Shown here one piece after another: positions 28,333 through 35,170 of a stretch of 64,000 bases of DNA. The stretch is taken from contig CAJTXC010000001.1 in assembly GCA_910580135.1 (NCBI GenBank), forward strand, positions 2,425 through 66,424, given 5' to 3'. The notes beneath the pieces were generated by a model that saw only the letters and a program-made list of their open reading frames with translations, searched no databases and was not told where the DNA came from. Source of the DNA: an uncultured Bacilli bacterium. GTDB lineage: Bacteria > Bacillota_I > Bacilli_A > RF39 > UBA660. A program made the position numbers and the translations under genes. Positions within the stretch are counted from its first letter, which is position 1. Every line of letters starts with the position of its first letter.

Positions 28333-28488
28333 AACGTTGATATAATTATTGTAGTAAACATAATCTTACCTCACCTCTTGGTGGAAAATAAAGTATGGGT
28401 TAGTAAGTATAGTAAAAGTTCACTTGAAACTGATGAAGTTAGAAAAGAACTTTCAGGTAAAGAAAGCCGGTGACCAACAGAAATTAAA

Positions 28489-29742
28489 ATGAAGATTTAT
28501 AGAAATCTTTGGGATAAAATTGTAACCTTTGAAAACTTTAAGCTTGCTTATAAAAATGCTACTAAAGGTAAAAAGCATTATAAAGAAGTTAAGATTATTG
28601 AAAGAAAAGGTGTTAACCGTTATCTTCGTAAACTACTTGAAGAAGTAAAAGGTAAAACTTATAAAGTTTCTGCTTACGATATATTTACTCGTTTTACTGG
28701 AGAAAAGTATAGAGAGATATATCGTCTGCCAATGAAAGATAGAATTGTTCAACACGCTCTTATGGTTATCATAGAGCCTATCTTTAGAGAAACTTTTATT
28801 AAAGATACTTATTCTTCAATTAAAGGTAGAGGGATACATAATGGTTTAAAAGCTATTAAAAGAATTGTTAAATCTCGCAAGTATAGATATTATCTTAAGA
28901 TTGATGTACATAAATGTTATCCGTCTCTTGATAAAGAAATATTAAAAGCTAAACTTGCTCGTAAATTTCATGATAATGATTTACTTTGGTTATTATTTAC
29001 TATTATAGATAGTTGCGATAAAGGAGTTCCTATTGGCAATTATACTTCTCAATATTTTAATAACTTTTATTTTAGTGATTTAGCACATTACTTAAAAGAA
29101 GAGTTAGGTTTAGATACTATTTGGTATTGTGATGATTTAGTTGTCTTTGGTGATGATAAAGATAAACTCCGTGAAGTTTTAAATACTATTAATAGAAAAA
29201 TGACATTACTTAATGTTCGTATCAAAGAAAACTATCAAATATATAATATAGAAATTCGTAGTGTGGATATGCTTGGTTATAAAACAAGACCTGATTATAT
29301 TCTTATTAGAAAGAATACTAAAAAGCGTTTTATAGCTAAAGTTTCCAAAATGGATTTTAATAATCTTACTAAGAAAGATATAAATACACTTGGTAGTTAT
29401 TGGGGAATATTTTGTCATGCTGATTGTAGACATCTTTGGTTTAAATATACTGGTGTGAAAACATTTAAAGAACTTAATATTAACGTTCATAAACGAGATT
29501 TTGTTAAAGATTTACTTGGAGTCAAACTTGAAATTAAAAGTTGTATGTGCTTTAGTAAACGTGGTCAAGAATGGCTAAGAATTGAATGTTGTTATAATAT
29601 AAATGGAGAACAACATGATAATGTTTATATAAGTACAAGTGCTGAAAAACTTGTTGAAGCAGGTAAACAACTTAATGCAAGTATGTTTCCTTTTGAAACT
29701 AAAATAATCGTTGATGATAAAGGTTTTTATGAATTTACTTAA
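28489..29742 (+). CDS. DGR-type reverse transcriptase
   Basis: IGNYTSQ is encoded at 29032-29052 (the [LIV]GxxxSQ hallmark of DGR RTs). YCDD is encoded at 29125-29136 (YxDD catalytic box). The N-terminus resembles DGR/group-II RTs (NLWDKIVTFENFKLAYKNATKGKK). Confidence 0.85.
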   Translation: MKIYRNLWDKIVTFENFKLAYKNATKGKKHYKEVKIIERKGVNRYLRKLLEEVKGKTYKVSAYDIFTRFTGEKYREIYRLPMKDRIVQHALMVIIEPIFRETFIKDTYSSIKGRGIHNGLKAIKRIVKSRKYRYYLKIDVHKCYPSLDKEILKAKLARKFHDNDLLWLLFTIIDSCDKGVPIGNYTSQYFNNFYFSDLAHYLKEELGLDTIWYCDDLVVFGDDKDKLREVLNTINRKMTLLNVRIKENYQIYNIEIRSVDMLGYKTRPDYILIRKNTKKRFIAKVSKMDFNNLTKKDINTLGSYWGIFCHADCRHLWFKYTGVKTFKELNINVHKRDFVKDLLGVKLEIKSCMCFSKRGQEWLRIECCYNINGEQHDNVYISTSAEKLVEAGKQLNASMFPFETKIIVDDKGFYEFT

Positions 29743-29754
29743 ATTGAAAATAAT

Positions 29755-30303
29755 ATGCGTTGGATAAATATTAAAAGTGAAGAACTTGTTGGACTTGAAT
29801 GTATTAATCCGAAAAACGATAAATATATTCTTAGACTATCTCCTAATTCTAAGAATATAGTTCAAGATGAACAAGATAGTAATGATACAAGGATTGTGTC
29901 AATAATTGTTAATAATAAGCCGTCAATAAATGATATTAAAAAACATTTGTTATATTTGCAAAAAGAATATGATAAAACTTCTGAAGTAGATTGTTTTATA
30001 CTTAATGGTAAAAAAGTTTGGATAGATAAAAATACTCGTATTGGACTTTTCAAACTTCTTGATATAGAAAAACAATCTAATACAGAAACTACTATTCTTT
30101 GGTTTAATACTACATCTATAGAAATAGAAGTTGATAAAGCTATTACACTTCTTACTACTGTAGAAAAATATGCTAAACAATGTTATGATAATACGCAAAA
30201 ACATTATGCTGAAATAAATCAACTTAGTTCTATAGAAGCTTGTTTACAATATGATATTACCGCAGGTTATCCTGCTATTTTAAATATTACATTAACAGAT
30301 TAA
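29755..30303 (+). CDS. hypothetical protein (182 aa) downstream of RT
   Basis: ATG ORF 12 nt after the RT stop. No motif recognised. Confidence 0.55.
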   Translation: MRWINIKSEELVGLECINPKNDKYILRLSPNSKNIVQDEQDSNDTRIVSIIVNNKPSINDIKKHLLYLQKEYDKTSEVDCFILNGKKVWIDKNTRIGLFKLLDIEKQSNTETTILWFNTTSIEIEVDKAITLLTTVEKYAKQCYDNTQKHYAEINQLSSIEACLQYDITAGYPAILNITLTD

Positions 30304-30306
30304 ATT

Positions 30307-30435
30307 ATGGCAAATAAACGTAAAAGTCTTGAAACAACTAAAGGAAGAGATGTTTCTCGTAGACCTAAACCTATGGTTCTTAAAGCAGGTGCAACTCGTA
30401 AACGTACTCCTTATAAAGATGGCGGCAAAGTTTAA
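30307..30435 (+). CDS. small highly basic ORF (42 aa), not in supplied track
   Basis: Hand translation gives MANKRKSLETTKGRDVSRRPKPMVLKAGATRKRTPYKDGGKV. It overlaps the start of the next ORF. Confidence 0.3.
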   Translation: MANKRKSLETTKGRDVSRRPKPMVLKAGATRKRTPYKDGGKV

Positions 30436-30787
30436 TATACCAATGAGAATATTCGTGCTAGTAACAAAGGTAACACCTATGTTACTAGCATTATTTCATT
30501 TACTTAATACAGTATTAAGTTATTTCTATATAGAATGTATATTTCTAAATTATCTTGCAGGTATTAGTATTATAACTGTAGCTTATCTTTATTTTACAAG
30601 TTATGCTCTAAAACTTTGTGAATATTATAGAATGTTCCTACATTATTGTCTTGTATTAGATATTATAAATGCTATAGACTATTATATTACTTTACCTATT
30701 ACAGATATAAGTTTATATTTGCTATTAGTAATTATAAATATAATATTCATGTTCTTAATAATTTATTTCAAATTCTTTAAATCATGA
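30419..30787 (+). CDS. multi-pass membrane protein
   Basis: The track ORF starts at TTG 30329, and the first in-frame ATG is 30419 (MAAKFNIPMRIFVLV). About four hydrophobic helices. Confidence 0.5.
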   Translation: MAAKFNIPMRIFVLVTKVTPMLLALFHLLNTVLSYFYIECIFLNYLAGISIITVAYLYFTSYALKLCEYYRMFLHYCLVLDIINAIDYYITLPITDISLYLLLVIINIIFMFLIIYFKFFKS

Positions 30788-31083
30788 TTAGGTCTAAGAA
30801 AGCTATTGCTGCTATATTTAGACAAATAGTAGATAAAATAGAAGCAGGTACTTGTGAAGTTGATGATAGAGAGTTAACTGAAATTGCTAATACATTAGTT
30901 CATCGCAAACTTAATGCAGAACAACTCGCTCATCATCTTGGAGTATCTCGTTCTACTATTACTCGTATGGTTACTGATGGTAGAATACCTCATCCTCGTA
31001 AAACTCTTGGTGGAGATAAATATTGGTGGCAAGATGAAGTTGAAAATCATATAGCCGATTATAATGCAAAATATGGCTTGTAG
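30784..31083 (+). CDS. helix-turn-helix DNA-binding protein (MerR/excisionase-AlpA-like HTH)
   Basis: LAHHLGVSRSTITRMVTDGRIPHPRKTLGGDKYWWQDEVENHI matches the HTH_17/Xis-type pattern. Confidence 0.6.
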   Translation: MIRSKKAIAAIFRQIVDKIEAGTCEVDDRELTEIANTLVHRKLNAEQLAHHLGVSRSTITRMVTDGRIPHPRKTLGGDKYWWQDEVENHIADYNAKYGL

Positions 31084-31117
31084 GCTTTCATAGAAGCTCT
31101 CAGAGCGTTGCAAATTT

Positions 31118-31162
31118 GCCGTCTGTCTAATTCATTGATAATTAGGCAGACGGCTTTATTTT
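31118..31162 (+). terminator. strong rho-independent terminator
   Basis: gccgtctgtctaatt (31118-31132) pairs with aattaggcagacggc (31140-31154): 15 bp with one G-U. The T tract tttatttt follows. Confidence 0.8.
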
Positions 31163-31195
31163 GACCAAAATAATGTGAACTATTCATTAGTGCTG

Positions 31196-31203
31196 TAACT
31201 TTG
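31196..31203 (+). promoter_or_regulatory. Bacteroides-type -7 box TAACTTTG
   Basis: Matches TAnnTTTG, 61 nt upstream of ATG 31264 and just after the terminator. No well-spaced -33 TTTG is visible. Confidence 0.4.
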
Positions 31204-31263
31204 CATCGTACAAATACCGGTAAAGTACATTTAAGTATTAACAATTTAATTAAACAAAGTTTT

Positions 31264-32253
31264 ATGAGTACTAATGAAGTATTTATGATTCCTGACAACC
31301 GTGGTGGTCAGAATAGTTTTGACCCTAATCTTCTTCTTGCCTCTATGATGAATGGCAATAACGGATTTGGTGGTAATGGTAGTTGGATGTGGGTAATCTT
31401 CCTCTTCTTCCTTTATCCTCTTATGCGTAATGGTGGTCTTTGGGGCAATAATGGTTTTGGCGGTGATGGCAACCTCGGTAGTCTTGGTAATCTTGTAAAC
31501 AATGATGCAGGTCGTGAACTTCTTATGCAGGCTATCAATGGTAACAATGCTGCTATTCGTGACCTTGCTAGTATGACAGGCGCTCAGACTTCTGCTATCC
31601 AGCAAGCTATCTGTTCTGTTAACAATTCTATTACTGGTCTTAGCGGTCAGGTTGGTATGAGTGGTCAGCAGATTATTAATTCTATTCAGCAAGGTAATAT
31701 GGGTCTTGCTTCTCAACTTGCTCAGTGCTGCTGCGACCTTCGTACTGCTGTTACTACAGGAAATTACGAAAATCAGATTGCTACACTTAATCAGACTAAT
31801 ACTCTTCAGAGTGGTCAGAACTTTATTAATCGTTCTATTGAGCGGGGTTTCTCTGATACTGCTTATGCTTTCCGTGACCAAACTTGTCAGATTGGTTCTG
31901 CTATTCAAGGTAGCACTCAGGCTCTCAAAGATGCTGGTACTGTTCAGACAAATTCTATTCTTAGCAAACTTACTGAAATGCAAAATGATGCTAAGCAAGC
32001 TAAGATTGACTCTCTGCAAGAAGCTAATTCTACACTTCGTACACAGATTAACATTGAACATCAGAACGCCCTTACTCAGCAAGCAATTGCTGCTGCTGTA
32101 GCTCCTATAAATGCTCAGCTTGCAGAAATTAAATGTGCTCAACCTAATACTGTAACTGTTCCTTACTATCCTTTTAGTATTCAGCCTAATTGTGGTTGCA
32201 CTCATAACTACAATAATGGTTGTGGTTCATGTCAAAATCAATTTTGGTATTAA
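31264..32253 (+). CDS. hypothetical virion protein, Gly/Asn-rich N-terminus with one TM segment, Q-rich coiled region, Cys-rich C-terminus
   Basis: The track start 31201 is TTG inside the promoter, so ATG 31264 (MSTNEVF) is preferred. The TM segment is WMWVIFLFFLYPLM. The protein ends CGCTHNYNNGCGSCQNQFWY. Confidence 0.55.
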   Translation: MSTNEVFMIPDNRGGQNSFDPNLLLASMMNGNNGFGGNGSWMWVIFLFFLYPLMRNGGLWGNNGFGGDGNLGSLGNLVNNDAGRELLMQAINGNNAAIRDLASMTGAQTSAIQQAICSVNNSITGLSGQVGMSGQQIINSIQQGNMGLASQLAQCCCDLRTAVTTGNYENQIATLNQTNTLQSGQNFINRSIERGFSDTAYAFRDQTCQIGSAIQGSTQALKDAGTVQTNSILSKLTEMQNDAKQAKIDSLQEANSTLRTQINIEHQNALTQQAIAAAVAPINAQLAEIKCAQPNTVTVPYYPFSIQPNCGCTHNYNNGCGSCQNQFWY

Positions 32254-32272
32254 TCTTTAAATAACTAAAGTT

Positions 32273-32593
32273 ATGGCAGAATGTTTTAATGGATACATTG
32301 GCAATCGAGGTGGTATTCCTATAGTAGAAGCTGCTCAATCAAGTGCTGGTAGTGCAACTACTAATGCTATTTATACTCTTCCTTGCCATGTCTTTGGAAA
32401 AGGTTGTAAAGGTATTATAGTAGTTAATTTCCTTGGAGCAACAGCTGCTACTGTAACAGGAGTTACTCTCTCAGTAAGCGGTTCAACACGTGAACTTCTT
32501 TCAAGTGCAGGAGAGGCTCTTACTACTCTTACAACTGGATACCATATAATTGTATTTGATAAACCTAATAACCGATTAAATTTGATAGTATAA
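32273..32593 (+). CDS. hypothetical protein (106 aa)
   Basis: ATG ORF, tightly packed. Confidence 0.5.
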   Translation: MAECFNGYIGNRGGIPIVEAAQSSAGSATTNAIYTLPCHVFGKGCKGIIVVNFLGATAATVTGVTLSVSGSTRELLSSAGEALTTLTTGYHIIVFDKPNNRLNLIV

Positions 32594-32594
32594 T

Positions 32595-33107
32595 ATGTTT
32601 TCAGCATTAAGTCAAGGTAGTCCTATCTATATTATTGATAAGACTGATGGTCTAAAATATAAAACAGGAGAAGTTGTTGGTGTTGTTCAAGGAAATGCTT
32701 TTGGTGGTACATTTGGTACTGCATCTTTTGCTCCTAATGGCACTGTCACTCTTAAAGTTAAAGTAGACAATAACGTTATAGATTATCCTGAAGTTCCTAT
32801 CAATGGTTCTGTAATGACTTACAACAATGGTGCTACTATTGTTTGCGAAACAAAACAAGGATTAATCTCAGAGTTGGAAAATACTCTTCAACAGACTAAA
32901 CAAATACTTGCAGACCGTCCTAAATATGAACAAATTGTAAGTGATTGTGAAAGTCTTCTTAAAGAGATAAATCCTGTATTTGCTAAGGATAAAGAACGTG
33001 ATGATAGAATAAATAGTTTAGATACTAAAGTTACAAGTATGGAAGGAAAACTTGATAAAATTCTGAACGTATTGTCTTCTAATAACAATCCTAATATTAA
33101 ATTGTAA
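32595..33107 (+). CDS. hypothetical protein (170 aa), C-terminal coiled coil
   Basis: ATG ORF starting 1 nt after the previous stop. Confidence 0.55.
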   Translation: MFSALSQGSPIYIIDKTDGLKYKTGEVVGVVQGNAFGGTFGTASFAPNGTVTLKVKVDNNVIDYPEVPINGSVMTYNNGATIVCETKQGLISELENTLQQTKQILADRPKYEQIVSDCESLLKEINPVFAKDKERDDRINSLDTKVTSMEGKLDKILNVLSSNNNPNIKL

Positions 33108-33110
33108 GTT

Positions 33111-33350
33111 ATGTATTTAGTTATAAAAAGAGAAAAATCTGAGCATCTTAAACATAAAGTTCATGAACTGAAAGAACTTGCTTGTGATGTTCTTGAATGT
33201 CTTGAAGAGGCTTACTCTGAGAGTCATGAAAGTGAAAGTCGTGAACGTAGTCGTCGCGAAGATAGATATGAACCTCGTAGACGTCATGATGATTATGATG
33301 ATTATGAGCGTGATGAAGCTCGTGGTCGTGGTGGTCGAGGACGCTACTAA
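33111..33350 (+). CDS. small highly charged protein (79 aa), R/E/D-rich with RGRGGRGRY tail
   Basis: ATG ORF, followed by a perfect terminator. Confidence 0.45.
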   Translation: MYLVIKREKSEHLKHKVHELKELACDVLECLEEAYSESHESESRERSRREDRYEPRRRHDDYDDYERDEARGRGGRGRY

Positions 33351-33366
33351 TCTAATAATTCTAATG

Positions 33367-33394
33367 GGAGAGGAGAACAATCTCCTCTCCTTTT
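33367..33394 (+). terminator. rho-independent terminator
   Basis: ggagaggaga (33367-33376) is the perfect complement of tctcctctcc (33381-33390). The loop is acaa, followed by tttt. Confidence 0.8.
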
Positions 33395-33407
33395 AATTTT
33401 TAATGAT

Positions 33408-33830
33408 ATGAAAAGAGATAGTCTTGATATATACGACGATATGCCTGAAGATATGAAACATTATCTTCGTTATAATGGTAGGCATTTTAATAGAAAACTA
33501 TGTGATTTTGCAATAAGTCAAATGTCATCTACCAACCCTTCTACGGGGGAGGTGGTTCATGTAGTTAAACTTGATAAAGAAGCTGTAGATGCTCTTCTTA
33601 AAACATATCGAATTGAAATTAAGAATAATCAACTTTATGATTATGTATATGTTGCAAATATGTGTAAAGCTGATTTTCTTGGTAGAAGTGTACCTGATGA
33701 ACAACATCTCTGTTTATATATTAAAGATGTGATAGATGATGTAGACGGTTATGATGGTCTTGTGTTTAATCGTTGGTATGCTGATATGTGTAGAAGTGGT
33801 GTTGCAATAGATTGGGAAGCGATGTTATAA
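33408..33830 (+). CDS. hypothetical protein (140 aa)
   Basis: ATG ORF containing the motif copy at 33540. Confidence 0.55.
   Translation: MKRDSLDIYDDMPEDMKHYLRYNGRHFNRKLCDFAISQMSSTNPSTGEVVHVVKLDKEAVDALLKTYRIEIKNNQLYDYVYVANMCKADFLGRSVPDEQHLCLYIKDVIDDVDGYDGLVFNRWYADMCRSGVAIDWEAML
33540..33551 (+). repeat. iterated motif, exact TCTACGGGGGAG
   Basis: The full form AACCCTTCTACGGGGGAGGTGGTT spans 33534-33557, inside ORF 33408-33830, read as NPSTGEVV. Confidence 0.9.
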
Positions 33831-33868
33831 TTAGTTAGTTGTTAATAAGATTGATGTTAATTTTAAGT

Positions 33869-33908
33869 ATAGTAGTAGTAATTGTGAAATTGCTACTACT
33901 ATTGTTTT
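33869..33908 (+). terminator. rho-independent terminator
   Basis: atagtagtagtaatt (33869-33883) pairs with aattgctactactat (33888-33902): 15 bp with one wobble. The loop is gtga, followed by tgtttta. Confidence 0.7.
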
Positions 33909-33960
33909 ATATGATTATAAAGATGATGTAGATAATAGAAAAGTTAAAAATATATAAAAA

Positions 33961-33992
33961 TTTGGCTTATTTGAGAATTTTTTATAAGTTTG
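33961..33992 (+). promoter_or_regulatory. Bacteroides-type promoter (-33 TTTG, -7 TAAGTTTG)
   Basis: TTTG at 33961-33964 and TAnnTTTG at 33985-33992 with a 20-nt spacer, 43 nt upstream of ATG 34035. Confidence 0.55.
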
Positions 33993-34034
33993 TCAATAAT
34001 AATAAGAGATATATTAAAAGTAAAGCTAATCATA

Positions 34035-34352
34035 ATGGAAGAAGCAATATCTACAATAGTTAATAACACAATAAATAGTTTTGACTTTCCTTTTTGTATT
34101 ACAGTAAATATAGCTACTTATATTACAATTAAGACTATTACTGATTATAAAAAGAAAAGTAAAGTTAGTACTTGGAATAAACGTCTTATATTTCTTATTA
34201 TAAGTGCTATTATTTCTACTATTTATTGTCTTACAGGAAGTGATATTAAAACAATCTTTAATAGTTTTATTCTTGCTCCTGTGTCTTGGTCTTGGATATT
34301 CAAACCTATATGTGATAAACTTAATATTGGTTATAACGCTAAACTTAATTAA
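34035..34352 (+). CDS. small membrane protein (about 105 aa)
   Basis: The track start 33990 is TTG inside the -7 box, so ATG 34035 (MEEAIST) is preferred. It has two to three hydrophobic helices and a very AT-rich codon set. Confidence 0.5.
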   Translation: MEEAISTIVNNTINSFDFPFCITVNIATYITIKTITDYKKKSKVSTWNKRLIFLIISAIISTIYCLTGSDIKTIFNSFILAPVSWSWIFKPICDKLNIGYNAKLN

Positions 34353-34499
34353 AATATTAATGTTAAGTTATTCCATATATTTTTATTCGGTTTCAGCCAG
34401 TCTAATTTAATAGTGATTAAGACATTAGACAATAATACAAAATGGAAATTAGGCTATCCCCTGCGCGTCAGAGAGCCTATCACATATTAAATAAATGCG

Positions 34500-34511
34500 C
34501 TCCCCCGTAGA
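34500..34511 (-). repeat. iterated motif, exact (CTCCCCCGTAGA), intergenic
   Basis: Context gcgCTCCCCCGTAGAAAGGTTGtg. A partner half-site CGGGGGAG lies at 34587-34594. Confidence 0.9.
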
Positions 34512-34594
34512 AAGGTTGTGAAACTTAATTGTTATTATTAAGGTGTTAGTATAATAATTAGTAAGTGTACTATTAATCAACCTAATCGGGGGAG
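34500..34594. other. intergenic imperfect inverted repeat / candidate structured RNA containing the iterated motif
   Basis: CTCCCCCG (34500-34507) pairs with CGGGGGAG (34587-34594). AGGTTG (34513-34518) pairs with CAACCT (34578-34583). An inner stem is cttaat/attaag. Confidence 0.45.
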
Positions 34595-34625
34595 TGTTCT
34601 TAATAATAAAATCAATAGTAAATGT

Positions 34626-35168
34626 ATGAATAAATTTAATTTTGGAGTAGGAACTCCAACAAAAGGAATTATAGATAGTTCTTTTGTTCCTATAAAATAT
34701 AATAATAATTATAAAATAAATAATAAAGGAGTCATAATAAATAAGAATAATATTGTTTGTAAACCTTTTGTTAATAATAGTGGTTATTATTGTATTGGAC
34801 TATGGGAAAACAATGTCAAAACTACTTATTGTGTTCATAAACTTGTTGCTGAACATTTTATGAATAATTACGATGATAGTTTAGATATAGACCATATAGA
34901 TAATAATAAATTAAATAATGATATAAATAATTTACAATTAATAACTCATAGAGAAAATTGTAAGAAAAGACTAACTCCAAATATTTATAATGTTACTTTT
35001 GAAGGAAATATTATAAAACAATATAAATCAATAAGAGAAGCAGCAAACGATTTACATATAGGATATAACGGTTTAAGAGAATTACTTTCTAATATTAATG
35101 ATGAAAGTGTTATAATTAAAGTTTATAGTAAAATAAATAAAACTTATTTATATTTTAAGAGATATTAA
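34626..35168 (+). CDS. HNH homing endonuclease (free-standing)
   Basis: The order NUMOD4-like N-terminus, YCVHKLVAEHF, DIDHIDNNKLNNDINNLQLITHRENC (H-N-H), then the C-terminal SIREAANDLHI helix-turn-helix module is typical of phage HNH_3-type endonucleases. Composition is extremely AT-rich. Confidence 0.7.
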   Translation: MNKFNFGVGTPTKGIIDSSFVPIKYNNNYKINNKGVIINKNNIVCKPFVNNSGYYCIGLWENNVKTTYCVHKLVAEHFMNNYDDSLDIDHIDNNKLNNDINNLQLITHRENCKKRLTPNIYNVTFEGNIIKQYKSIREAANDLHIGYNGLRELLSNINDESVIIKVYSKINKTYLYFKRY

Positions 35169-35170
35169 TT

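Noticed and set aside
28091-28488. tRNA or other RNA gene in the intergenic gaps (28091-28488, 9571-9952, 34353-34625).
   Set aside because: I found no cloverleaf-compatible arm pattern or GTTCRANYC T-loop. The ttcgaat at about 28290 is part of the DGR template. A tRNAscan run would be needed to exclude tRNAs formally.
30784-31083. Excisionase-like HTH protein as evidence of a temperate lifestyle.
   Set aside because: No integrase, att-like site or repressor is visible in the window. This HTH fold is also common in plain transcription regulators.
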